Below are positions 13,037-24,606 of a stretch of 64,000 bases of DNA, piece after piece. Source of the stretch: Basidiobolus meristosporus CBS 931.73 (lineage: Eukaryota > Fungi > Basidiobolomycota). The first letter of the stretch is position 1. Each line of letters starts with the position of its first letter. Both the position numbers and the translations under genes were made by a program. The notes below the pieces were generated by a model that searched no databases, was not told where the DNA came from, and saw nothing but the letters and a program-made list of their open reading frames with translations. The DNA lies in assembly GCA_002104905.1 (NCBI GenBank), contig MCFE01000033.1, positions 62,001-126,000 on the forward strand, written 5' to 3'.

Positions 13037-15107
13037 ATGACTTTCACCCTTCCCAAAAACCTCGACCTCCCCTCCTACTCTTCCACCAAGAACGATAGCG
13101 ACAGTGACAGTTCTGCTAGCACAAGTAGTATAAGCACAGTCAGCAGTAACGCTACCGGTGACAACGTCAACGTGAACGCTCCTCGGCACAACCTACCCTC
13201 GCACGGGAACTTGGGCTACAAGCCCAAAAAGTCTTTTCACTACATGCCTCCGAAGCAGGAGAACCACAAGTTCCAAAAGTACTACAGCAAGGGCCCCAGG
13301 GCTGCCAAACTATCTGAGAAGTCGGAAGAATATTTGACCACCAATATGGTCTCCTTGTACCAGGTTAGTCTTGAACTCTTCTGCGAACGGATGAGATTGG
13401 TTGTGGACCCTAGTCTAGAATAGTTGGTAATTAGGAAATTTTCCATGTTTTTCTAGTCATTACTCCCCACAGCTGAGGATGGCGAGAGAAGGGAGGCATT
13501 GGTGGGGAAGCTTCAGAGTATGCTAGAGAAAGAATGGCCGTCCAAGTACATTAAGGTCCACATGTTCGGGTAAAAATTGTAGTTATTTCTCTGGATTCTC
13601 AGATCATATCAATTGACGTATGCTTCAGTTCTTCTACAAATAGTCTTTCAACCTTGACGAGTGATGTGGATATATGCATCGTCACTGATCATGAGGAACT
13701 TCGTAATGTTTATACCCTTGCCAACTGCATGCGGAAAAGTGAGTGCCTGTCCACTGTGAGACCTTGGACCTAACTCTAACCAATAGCTCTGAATCTAGAT
13801 GGAATGCAAAGTATTTACTGTGTTGCTAACGCCAAAGTCCCTATTGTCAGGATGTGGGATCCAGAATTGTAAGTTGCCAGTGTGGATGGATTCAATGAGC
13901 ACAGGCTGACTGATAGTTTAAAGGAAATTGGCGTGTGATATGAATGTCAACAACCCTATAGCGTTACGAAACACAGAGTTAGTGAAGGCATATGTAGCCT
14001 TAGATCCACGGGTTCGCCCACTTATCATGATCATCAAACACTGGACCAAACGCAGGGTACTAAACGATGCTGGTAAGTTGGTGGCTCGAATGGTGCCTCC
14101 TCGATGAGTTACTAAGATGTTTTCAGGCGTCGGAGGAACACTCTCTACCTACACCTGGGTGAACATCATTCTTAACTTCCTTCAGATGAGAACGCCTCCA
14201 ATACTTCCCGTATTACATCGAATGCCCGAAAAAGCAGCCTTGGAATCCTGTGTAATCGACGGCGTCGACACCACATTCAACGACGATGTCGCCTCTTTGA
14301 AAGACTTTGGAAGTGCTAACAAAGAGACTCTTGGAGAGTTGTTGTTTGCTTTCTTCAAACTGTAAGTGTGTCCCGAGCCTTATTCGATATAGGTAGAGAG
14401 ATAATTAACGAGCTTCCTTTAGATTTGCGTATGAGTTCAACTACAACCACCACGTGATCAGCGTACGAAATGGGTGCTACTTATCTAAGGCAGAGAAAGG
14501 ATGGCATTTTGGTAGACACTTTAGAGCTTTTTGTATAGAAGAGCCGTTCAATCCGGATCGGAACCTTGGAAACAGTGCAGATGAGTGTAGTATCGAGGGA
14601 ATTCGCCAGGAATTCCGGAGGGCGTGTGATATTCTTCTGGAGAGGAGGGATTTAAACCTTATGTGCCAGCAGTATAACTTTCCCTCGAAGTCCAATTTCG
14701 AGCATGTGAAATATAAGAATGACCATTCAAGGAGCAAAAACCACCCGGGAAAATGGACCTGGTCCTACCACCACAACATGAAGGCTCACCAGCCACCTGC
14801 AAGCGCACATGATACGCCGACGGCGACTGGTGCAGAGGTGCAAGAGAACGAGAACACTGACAAATCAAGACCCCCGGTGCCTAGACCTGCACCATTTTTC
14901 CATGGGCAATACAATATGGCGTGGAGTCCCCACAGCAGAAATCAATCCACATCCAGTCAGGAGAGGAGCCCAGGAAATCAGATACTAGTGGCTGATACAC
15001 TTGAACCATCCAACGCAAAGAACTTCGCTCACAATAGTAAGCCTTTCAAGCCACACTCCATGATCAAACCAAGGTCTGATCTTGCAGCGGTTGGTGCGGC
15101 TCATTAA
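13037..15107 (+). CDS. Non-canonical poly(A)/terminal nucleotidyltransferase, Cid13/Cid11/CutA-like, multi-exon
   Basis: FGSS, SDVDIC (two catalytic Asp), AKVPIV, ACDMNVNN (third Asp), IKHWTKRRVLND, GGTLSTYTW, PAP-associated domain and CIEEPFNPDRNLGNS. Confidence 0.88.
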
Positions 15108-15604
15108 GACGAGCATTTTCTATCTTTTCTAGTAATAACTTAAGTACCGAAGATCCACATAAACCTCTATATACACGCTTACCTATAGAAAGTCATTCCA
15201 CCACCACCACCACCTCATTCCCCACTTCATACCAAATAAGATTTCTCTTTGACTAGATTGATTTTTTCCTGTATTTACTCGTAATTTCATTCCCAGTAGA
15301 CCCTTATTCTGCAAAAGAAGTATTTTGCTCGTACATACTGTCACATAATTTACATTCCCGATCGTTAACGGAATACACTTTGCCTTGAATTGAATCGGTG
15401 CATTTTCGTATATTATCACTTGCCTAAAATGGTGGATTTCCTTTTTCAACCCGTGGGTGTCGCAATTGGCTGTCGTGAAAAGCGGAGATGGTATTGGTTT
15501 AGCATATTGATTATTTGATGGTTTGTATTGTTGAATGAGGCATGAAAAAAGCTTGGATTTCTATGTAGTAACATTGGGAAAATAATAAATAGAAAACGTG
15601 CTCG

Positions 15605-17752
15605 CTACTTGAGCTCAAGATAGCCATCCTTGGTGGTCGCCACCTTCTTAACTATCGTGCTGATCAGTTGCTTGTTTCTAGGGTCTGCCTTCAACTTCTT
15701 CTTGACTTTAACGATAAGGTCTTTGGTGGTGAGCCTGTGATGCCTTATTAATTCCGTGATTTCTGCTTCGGTAATCAGATTTGAATCTATATAGAATGGG
15801 CAGTTGAGTTATTGCTTCTGCTATAAGGGAGGGGTGATGAAAACGTACCAGAAGCATTGCTGCTTGAAACGGTGGATAAATTCTGGAAATAGAGTTAGTG
15901 ACTGGTATATGATGATATGGGATAACAGTCACCTTATCATTCTCATCTGATTCATCTTTCCTTTTCTTGGCCTCTGCAAGTCGCGCGGCTGCATTGGGTT
16001 TGTTAACCGGTGGACGAACAGGTTTAGATGCTGCTCCGTTCTTCGGGGTGAAAATCCCGCTGGATTTTGTTGGTTTTGATGGAGGGGGAATCTTTTTGTT
16101 TGTATTAACAGGGACGGGCTTTTTGATCTGTTGGGTTGACGCAGATGGATTTTCGGGAGCTTTGCCTTTTTATCATCGGTGGAGTCTTTATTTTCCTCAG
16201 TCTCAGCTACTTCCTCCTCTTCCTCTTCCTCCTACGAAAGATACGTCAGTCAGAGTTTCCTCACAACACCACAATTTGTAGCTTTTCCCTTACACTCAGA
16301 TATGGATTCTCGTTATCATCAGAGTCGTAAGCAGCATTTTTCTCCAACGTACGCAGGGCTTTTTTAAGATCCTGGAGAAAGGTTAGAGATGCGCGAATCA
16401 AAGCATCACCACACTACAGGACAAAAGCAATTCGATTACCTTGCCCGCTGCGGTTAATTCTTCTTTTTCCTCATCCTCCTCCTCCTCGTCTTCACTAGCA
16501 ATCACAGGCTTGGCTTTTTGTCGAGCCTGAAATCAACAGAACGATGGTTAGGTTGGCCCTTCACATTCACCCCATCCTAAAGGCATACTTCATTTTCTTT
16601 GGTCTCTTCTTGATCACCGTCAAGCTCTGGTGGAGCCTCTTCATCATCTTGAAACTCCTCATCGAAATCAACCTCATCAATATCCCCATGCTATCACAAG
16701 TTCAACATTAGCTAGTGATGTTGAAGGATGAAGAGGTGCATTAGCATGGCAACCTTACTGCCGCCGGCGCCGCGTTTCTTTTTCGGATTACCGTCGTCGT
16801 CGTCATCCTCAAAGAAACTGATTCTGAAGAGATCGCGAGTTATGAATATGATAAGCAACAATTAAACGAGCTCCCATACTGGTCTTCGTGATCCACGAGT
16901 TTGAGTTTCTTTCCGCCCTTGGGTTCTTCTTCTTCGCCCGCGCCTTCACTATCAAGCTTTGACAACAACCTTTTTCTCATCATCCATCGATCACTATCTT
17001 TCTTTTGGGCTTTGATCAACTACAAGACATAAAAACGAGCCAACCAGGTCGAGTGTCAATAATCATCTCGATGAATAAGTAAACCAATCCCTTCAATACT
17101 TGTTCCTCAGCTTCTTCGATTGTTAGCGTGGCATAGGTAAGCTTCTGATTGAACTTGTACCATTTGTGAGCAGGAACCACTTGAAATCCCTCGTCCTATT
17201 GATGATAATCACAACATTGAATATGGATGTCAAGCCAGCTGGAACTCAATGAAGTGCACTCACTGTACAAATGAAAAGATAGTAATTCGACTGCTGACCA
17301 CCCTCCAGCACTCCACTCCAATAATTGGTATTATCGGTATCTTCTATCACCCAAGGCTTGGCTTCTTGCTCCCTTATCTTTCTACTCTCCTCATCGGTGG
17401 GGAACACCTGTTTTGTACGCTTCTTGAACAGCATCTGCTTATTTCTGGAAGCGTTACCATAAGGAGCGATGATGGTGGGATCCGCGGTAGCCACCCCAGG
17501 GGTACCTGGAGCGGTGTTGGCACTCCCATTTGGACCTGAAGAGCCTTCCCCTGTCCCATCATCCATAGTCAACGTTTGGATTTCAGGTTGGATTTGTTTA
17601 CGGTGCAACTTCACAGGTTGGCTAAACTCCTTCAGTTTGACCGGTTTGGAACCATGAAACTTGAGAATATTATATACATTTTTTCTAGAACCCGAAGTCA
17701 ACCGGTGTTCCGTGAACTCCGTCTTTTGACCTAGACTATGGTTATTCGACAT
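15605..17752 (-). CDS. TFG1: TFIIF large subunit (Tfg1/RAP74), multi-exon
   Basis: PVKLHRK, FKKRTKQVF...EAKPWVIED...WSGVLEGGQQSNYYLFI, acidic D/E middle region, C-terminal winged-helix-like KKLKADPRNKQLISTIVKKVA...YLELK*; TAG at 15605-15607. Confidence 0.88.
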
Positions 17753-18514
17753 ACTCTTTGGGAACTCAGCTGGTCTTCTCCTTCAGCTTAGAAAGAAAAG
17801 TCACAGGCCCCTCAGTGATGCGGCTGGGCGAGTTATTTATAGGTATCGTGATGATATGACGAGGCTACTTGGACCGCAACCCTACCTGATCGTGTTCACA
17901 TTGCGATTGGTTGATGGGGTGGAGGTTTCTTAGGATGGGGACAGAAGGAAAGTCACCAAAATCATAGTTGGAGGGCCGAATTCTGGCCATCAATTAGTCA
18001 AAAAAGACTAGATACTTGAGCATATCAGTAGGACAAATGCGCGCATGTACATATTTAATCATGGCTATGGAGCCGTGTGGATAAGTTGGATAGAATCCAT
18101 AAGCAGATTCCTTTAATGCGCTACCACTATTGGACAGCCTCCACTGATGGATGAATTTGGATTGGTGGCCAACCCGGATGATGATCACTAGGCACAAATC
18201 AATACTTGAATGATGATAGGAAGGACTCATTTAATTAATTCCAATGGAGGATGTACTAGGTCCAAGAGGGATTTTCTCTGTCAAAGGGAAAATCCATCAA
18301 TGCTCTCAAGACCAGAATATTATATAATAATGTATAGCAGTGAAGGTGTGGTGGGTGTACAAGAAACAGGATAGCGTTGTATCGAATGAAATGGATTTCG
18401 GCTTATCAAGACTTGTCTGCGGCGAGAGCAAAGTGAGTATTACCAAATATCTTGGTGGTTGGTGAACGGCAAAAAGATTAACTAATGATAAATGCACTAA
18501 ATTATGACTATTGG

Positions 18515-20020
18515 CTATACATCAAGAACTTCGGAGTTGGCGCGAGCAACTGTGGAATTTATACTCCGCAGCCAGGCGAGCATAGAAGGCTGATTTTCGG
18601 CAGCGACGATATAGTTTCTCTGCGGAGTGATCAGCTGAAAACAGAACCGCTTGCTTTTAAAAGCGCTGGGTGTTTTCTCGAACGCCCCCTGAATGGATTC
18701 AATGGGAATGATCTTGTGAAGAACGTACTCCTAGAATTACAAATTAATTTAGCGATTGTGAGACTCATATACCCCAAGGATTCTGGATAGCCAACCTTTT
18801 CGTTTTTGTAATATGAAAGTGTATTACTTCGGAGAACAAACCAGCGCTTGCGCCACGCCTAACCGGTACCATAATCAGTAAGTATGACAAAGGATCCCAA
18901 TAACTCATCAGAACCTACCTTATACATATCGCACTGCTTATGTAGATATCCACTAAAAAGAACCTTGTTATCTTGGCATTCGGGTAATTCGACCTCGTCA
19001 TCTTCATCAACAATTTCCCCTTGCTCCTCATCATCTTCTGAGCTAGTGTTCTCGGATGTGCGACTATAGCTGGGGATGCGCGCTAGATTGCGGGGAGTTG
19101 ATTCGGCCTTGCCGTAGCTGAGAAAATATTCCTTTGGAGGATCCGAATTACTCCTATTAATTATAGAGGATCTAGAACCTGCAGAGCTTTTTCGCGAATG
19201 GGAATATTCGCCTGTAACATCTTCCTCAGTCAGTCCGCTTAAAACATAGTCCATCGTGTTGAGCCATTCATCCAATTGAATACGTGACTCTGCTTGAAAG
19301 TAGTACTTCTTTTTGCTTACTACGATGCCAAATACGTTTTTGCGGGTTTTCCATGTGGCTTCAAGAATCTGAATAGCCTCTGATAAATCAATGATCCTTT
19401 CGAGCTCGTATTCCTTGTTCAATAGATAGTTTGTTGGTAAATGCGTCGCTTGATGAGGCTGACAAGATTACTGCGGACTTACTTATCGTCCTTGTAGCAA
19501 GTGAGAGAGGTCCCGCGTAAAACGAACCAGCGTTTCTTCCAAACCTACGCCCCTTGAGTGAGTAAGGGTATCACCGATCACACAAACTCTTGCAACTCAC
19601 CTTTCTTTTGGTACTACGTTTAAGTAAATATCCACATTTCACCAGTGCTTGATTGTTCAACTCTTCCACAGCGCGAAAGCCCTCGTGGGTCATTTGGCCT
19701 GAAATCTCTTTGGTGGGACTAGACAAAGGGCTGGAAGTTTGAAAGGCTTGCTTGCATGGTACGACCACAACACTGGAATCAACGTGGTGATTCTGTCAAA
19801 ATACCAACAAGACATCAGAAGCTGTAGACTAAAAAAGGGTGGTGGTACAAATTACTTGTTCAAAAGTAGTGGCAAAGGTGACTCTTGGTTTAACCGATTC
19901 CTCCAGTCCTAGGAAAAACCCGTCAGTTAGTTGCCGCTGTGGGATAGGGATAGGGATAGAGATAGAGAGAAATGTACCTCGAGAAATGGGATAGCTAAGT
20001 TTTGAAGACACTTCCAACAT
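18515..20020 (-). CDS. Tandem PH-domain protein (Opy1/TAPP-like), multi-exon
   Basis: PH1: VKCGYLLKRS...VWKKRWFVLRG...YYFQAESRIQLDEWL; PH2: LFSGYLHKQ...AWRKRWFVLRS...YIVAAENQPSMLAWL. Upstream small exons splice in frame from ATG 20020. Confidence 0.82.
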
Positions 20021-21215
20021 ATTGAGCAAGTAAAGAGGTGGGAACTAGCTAATATCGATTTTGTGCCGGAGAATACCAAAAAAGTATATGTAGTTGTGGA
20101 GCAAAGGCTTTACAAAGAAAGTGTTCTCAAAACAGGGACATAAGTAAACCAAATCGGTTCCTTTCTACTTGTATTAGGCTACGGGCAGAGAAAGAAAGAA
20201 GGGAAGAACAGGGAAGAGTCAGACAACTGAAACTATGCTGAGAAATAGGAATATCGGCGAGGGAAATGCCTTAAGTATATTGGTGGTGGAAGCCTAAGTG
20301 TATGCAAATTGAGACGGAAATAACAAATGCCCATGTGGGGAGCTCGGAAGATATATATTATATTGCATTGCCTATGCTCGTCACGTGCACTGTATTTAAG
20401 TTCGAGAAGCGGATGCGGATAAGCCCCGATTCTATTGTGGATCATGGTCAGGATCCCAACCCTTAATCGTTTAGGGACATTCACCATGCAATGAAATGAT
20501 GGCCCTTATAAAACGGGATGTTTCTCTTTCGTCTGAGTCAGGACAAGCCCTGTACCATGTCCATCCAATAGCACAACCACTCGATGATCGCCATATGAGA
20601 GCAATGTGGTTGTTGACGTATCTTCATGCGTACAGGGACGGCGTGAATGTGCATCTTTCTTTGTTAATCTTTCGACCATACATACACGACACTGCTAACA
20701 TAGCCTCGGCTTAGCATGTCTGTTTCATTCGACCCCGATGCCAAATGTGAATATAGTGGCTGTCTGTGTGTTTGAATCAAACCCGTTTCCAGCTGGTCCA
20801 TCTGAACAGAAAACGCGAGGCCAAGCTCTACACATTCCTACTCCATGGAAGTCTAGTTCACTGATTAATATGCGGGTTTCAATATGAAATTTGTGTACTT
20901 CATTGTTAATTAAAGTAAGGTTGTACTGAGCATGGATTAATATAGCTCAGATGACCCATTAGTCGTGATAATCATCTATTTAGCTATTCCAGTCTTTGTG
21001 CGCATGTTGGAGCAACTGCAACTCTACTGTCATAAAGGAGATCAATGCAGTGGTAACCAAAATAATTGCTATCTATGCAAGTAGACAGTTTTGTTTACTA
21101 AAATTAGATCTAGGCTTGGGAGTATGATTAGGGCTTAGATGACGCCACGGGTAAAGCATGGTTGACAGTACGATGGATGGGCATGAGCATGGTTGGCAGG
21201 CAGTGGAATAATATA

Positions 21216-21311
21216 GATGAATGAACAGTGATAGGGATAACATGGATGAATGAACAGTGATAGGGATAACATGGATGAATGAACAGTGATAGGGATAATA
21301 TGGATGAATGG
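21216..21311. repeat. 29-bp minisatellite, ~3.3 copies
   Basis: Unit GATGAATGAACAGTGATAGGGATAACATG starting at 21216, 21245, 21274 and partial at 21303. Confidence 0.9.
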
Positions 21312-21465
21312 GAACGAGTATGGTTTGCAGTAGGACAATGGATGGCCAAGGATAGTAGGATATATGGATGAATGGCCGTGAATTAAATGATGGAATAAAT
21401 GTCCACCTATGCACCCCCGAGGCTTACAGTAGATAGAGAGGGTCATTTAGGCTAACGCGCAAGCA

Positions 21466-21515
21466 AGCCCAATCCTATTAACCGTACCATAGCCCAATCC
21501 CATTAACCGTACCAT
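21466..21515. repeat. 25-bp direct tandem repeat, 2 copies
   Basis: AGCCCAATCC(T/C)ATTAACCGTACCAT twice, one mismatch. Confidence 0.9.
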
Positions 21516-21852
21516 GTTTCAAACAAATAAACACTCCTGTTCATTAATAAGTAATGGAACGACAGGCCAATGAAGCCTTCCTAGGTGAATCAATCCTTGG
21601 GTTACTAGATGGGAGCCTATGCACTTGGTCGATATCAATTCCTGCATTAAGAGCTCCCAATAAGAACCAAGCGCAAATCCTTTTTCCAGCCAAGAAATCG
21701 CGGGCACTATGGTACCATTGGCTTACTGAGAATAGATGCCGAAATGGTTGGTTCTTTGCTATGACAGCTTTATGAACTCATAACGCATCGTTCTCACTAT
21801 AAATTCTGGCTTCTGCTGACCCTTCAAAAACCAGTTCAGAACACAAACCAAT

Positions 21853-23532
21853 ATGAAGTCTTTCTGTGGATTAGCCTTATCGATCCTTTTGTACACCTCG
21901 GCAGCACTGGCTGAATGCACCAATGGTGAGTTCAGATGTTCCGTTGACAATCCCAGCCAGATTGATCAATGCTCCAACAATGATTGGATCCATATCACTT
22001 GTGGCGAAGGGACCGTCTGTAGCATGAAGGACAGCAAGACACCTACTTGTGTACTCAAGGGGAACGAAGATGAAGATGGAAATAATCATCATGAACTGGC
22101 AAAAGGCAGTCCTCCCAACCAACAGGAAGACAGCGGAAGTGACGATGCAGGTGAAGATGAGGAAGACGACGAAGATAATGATACGCACAAAGAAATGGCT
22201 AAAAGCAACCCTCACAGCAGTGATAAAGTAATCCACAAACGCGAGGATGACGATGGTGATGAAGATGAAGATGAGGAAGACAACGAGGATGGTGATACAC
22301 ATAAGGGACTAGCTAAAAGCGACCCTTCTGATGATAAAGTAATCAACAAGCGTGAGGTGGGGGAGGATGAAGATGTTGCCGATGAGGAAGAAGACGATGG
22401 CGAGGAAGACGACGGGGATGATGGTACACACAAAGAGTTGGCAAAAGACAATCATTCTGATCACGGTGAAGATAAAGCAACCCGCAAACGCGAGGAGAGT
22501 GATGATGAAGGCGAGGATGATGAAGATGAAGATGGTGAAGATGATGATACACACAAAGAAATGGCGCAAAGTAACCCTTCTAATCACGGCGACGAGAAAG
22601 TAATCAGCAAGCGTGAGGAGGGTGATGATGATGCTAAAGACGAGGAAAATGATGATGACGATGGTGGTGATGGTAAGGATGATGAGGGCGAAGATGATGA
22701 TACACACAAAGAGTTGGCCAAAGGCAATACTTCCGATCACCGTGGTGATAAAGGAATCAACAAGCGTGAAGAGGATGAAGAGGATGATGATAATGATGGT
22801 AGTGAGGACGAAGAGGATGATACACACAAGGAGTTGGCCAAAGGCAATACTTCCGATCCCCAAGGTGGCAAAGTAATCAATGAGCGTGAAGAGGAAGAGG
22901 ATGATGAAGATAGTGAAGAAGAAGAAGAAGATGGTGAGGACAACGGTGACAACACTCACATAGAGTTGGCTAAAGGCAATACTTCCGATCGCCGAGGTGA
23001 TAAAGTAATTAACAAGCGTGAGGAGGATGAAAATGAAGACGAGGGCGAGGAAGAGGACGAAGATGATGGTGAGGATGATGATACACACAAGGAGTTGGTC
23101 AAAGACAATACGTCCGATCCCCGAGGTGATAAAGTAATCAACAAGCGTGAGGAGAAGGACGATGAAGAAGATGAAGATGAGGACGACAACGATGAAGATG
23201 ATGAAGATGGGGACGACAACGATGATGATGATGAAGACGAGGACGACGACGACGACGAAGAAGAAGATGATGATGATGATGAGGACGACGACGAAGACAG
23301 TTGGGATGATGGGGGTAGAGATAAGATGCTTGCAAAAAATGGAAACGGAAGCCGCAACAATGATGATAAAAGCCAGGCTGATCCCTTATCAAGTGGACCA
23401 AAAACACCAACTGCCTCTCCAAGTTCTACTGCAGGTGGAGCCCATCCCTCACCCAAGGCTTCCGGTATACCGGAGCCTTCGGCACACAACAGTAAGGGTT
23501 TGCGACGCCGCTTCCTGTTAAGACGTTTATAA
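21853..23532 (+). CDS. Secreted CBM19-like domain + KR-delimited acidic repeat protein (Kex2-processed repeat protein candidate), 559 aa, intronless
   Basis: Signal peptide MKSFCGLALSILLYTSAALA; Cys domain CTNGEFRC...QCSNNDWIHITCGEGTVC; 8 full repeat units THKE(L/M)AKxNxSDxxxDKVINKR (7 end in KR, one in ER) separated by poly-D/E; TATAAA at 21798-21803. Confidence 0.85.
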   Translation: MKSFCGLALSILLYTSAALAECTNGEFRCSVDNPSQIDQCSNNDWIHITCGEGTVCSMKDSKTPTCVLKGNEDEDGNNHHELAKGSPPNQQEDSGSDDAGEDEEDDEDNDTHKEMAKSNPHSSDKVIHKREDDDGDEDEDEEDNEDGDTHKGLAKSDPSDDKVINKREVGEDEDVADEEEDDGEEDDGDDGTHKELAKDNHSDHGEDKATRKREESDDEGEDDEDEDGEDDDTHKEMAQSNPSNHGDEKVISKREEGDDDAKDEENDDDDGGDGKDDEGEDDDTHKELAKGNTSDHRGDKGINKREEDEEDDDNDGSEDEEDDTHKELAKGNTSDPQGGKVINEREEEEDDEDSEEEEEDGEDNGDNTHIELAKGNTSDRRGDKVINKREEDENEDEGEEEDEDDGEDDDTHKELVKDNTSDPRGDKVINKREEKDDEEDEDEDDNDEDDEDGDDNDDDDEDEDDDDDEEEDDDDDEDDDEDSWDDGGRDKMLAKNGNGSRNNDDKSQADPLSSGPKTPTASPSSTAGGAHPSPKASGIPEPSAHNSKGLRRRFLLRRL

Positions 23533-23694
23533 GTATTCGCATGCTCCAAACAATGATAGATGTATATGCTGGTTTCTATACAATTCTATGCTATCCATCA
23601 ACCAAATAACATCACTTTTACGTGAGAAATAAAATTCTGTTCACTGGAGAATGCGGATATTTATTAACATTAAGTACATGATGATGGTTTCTAT

Positions 23695-24606
23695 CTAATC
23701 GGTTGCCCAAACACTGCCGTGCTCTTCATGAACCATCTCATCTGGGCTCCACTTGATTAGAGTCTCTAGTACCGCTCTCCCTGCCTTCTCTTCGAGACCA
23801 GGGACAATGGAGTGGTCGATAAATTGATTCGTCACCCGATCAGCGAATACCATCATTGAAGCTCCACAATGGATGCTTTGGTTGTGCTTCTTCTCCATCA
23901 GGGGTGCTGATGTGGTGCAGTGTGCAAGATGATAAAGCATGAAGGTTTCCATTTCTAGTGATACAGCTGACGGAAGCTCTTTATGAATGACCTCGAATAG
24001 ATCCTCGTTGGCGTCGGTGAAATTCTCATCCACTCGCCCTTGAGAGGAGTAGAACGAATCTGCAGTAATATTAACTCCGCTATGGACCTTTTCTTGTCCA
24101 AATACCTGAGCCAATTCAGCAGTTAGAAGCTTAGAGAGCTCCGGATCGGCAGGGAATTCCTCAGTGATGTCGTAGGGCTTGGGACATTTGGAGCCTGGTG
24201 CAAAATAATTGTAGTTGCGGGTAAGAGCAACAGAGCTAGTGGGGACCATAAACTCTCCAGGCTTAGCCCCGTTCAAAGATCCACAGGAGCCAAGACGGAT
24301 GATGCACATGGGACCGTCTACGACAGCGCGTACTTCACGTACAAAGAAGTCCATCATTGGGATGCCCATTCCAATGGCAATGATACTAACCGGAACACCC
24401 TTGTAACGACCAGTTGCAGTGTAGAAGCCTCTATGGGAGCTCAACTCGAACACTGCTGGTTCGGGATCAAGGAATTTGGCAAGTCTCTTGGCACGGGCTG
24501 GATCGCCGACAGTAATGATGCGGTTGGCGGCCTCGCCTCGCTTCAATTCCACATGGTAGGTGCGACCATCGGGAGAGGTTGGGAAGTTGGCGTTAGCAAA
24601 GACCAT
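23695..24606 (-). CDS. Uridine/nucleoside phosphorylase (PNP_UDP_1 family), intronless
   Basis: YHV...RIITVGDPARA, GMGIPMMDFFVRE, IIRLGSCG, ADSFYSSQGR, LEMET. Likely start MVFANANF at 24606. Confidence 0.9.
   Translation of the reverse strand: MVFANANFPTSPDGRTYHVELKRGEAANRIITVGDPARAKRLAKFLDPEPAVFELSSHRGFYTATGRYKGVPVSIIAIGMGIPMMDFFVREVRAVVDGPMCIIRLGSCGSLNGAKPGEFMVPTSSVALTRNYNYFAPGSKCPKPYDITEEFPADPELSKLLTAELAQVFGQEKVHSGVNITADSFYSSQGRVDENFTDANEDLFEVIHKELPSAVSLEMETFMLYHLAHCTTSAPLMEKKHNQSIHCGASMMVFADRVTNQFIDHSIVPGLEEKAGRAVLETLIKWSPDEMVHEEHGSVWATD

Noticed and set aside
17994-18497. Possible C/D snoRNA or small gene between TFG1 and the PH gene (ATGATGA boxes at ~18175-18215)
   Set aside because: No matching D box/terminal stem; ORFs featureless.
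20942-20970. TAGCTCAG A-box-like tRNA seed
   Set aside because: No B box or cloverleaf; I found no tRNA or rRNA gene in the window by eye.
21877-23549. Long antisense and alternate-frame ORFs (poly-S, poly-I/F, poly-M/K) and CRISPR-like periodicity
   Set aside because: Shadows of the GAT/GAA/GAC codon repeats of the 559-aa ORF; repeats are in-frame coding units in a eukaryote with no cas genes.
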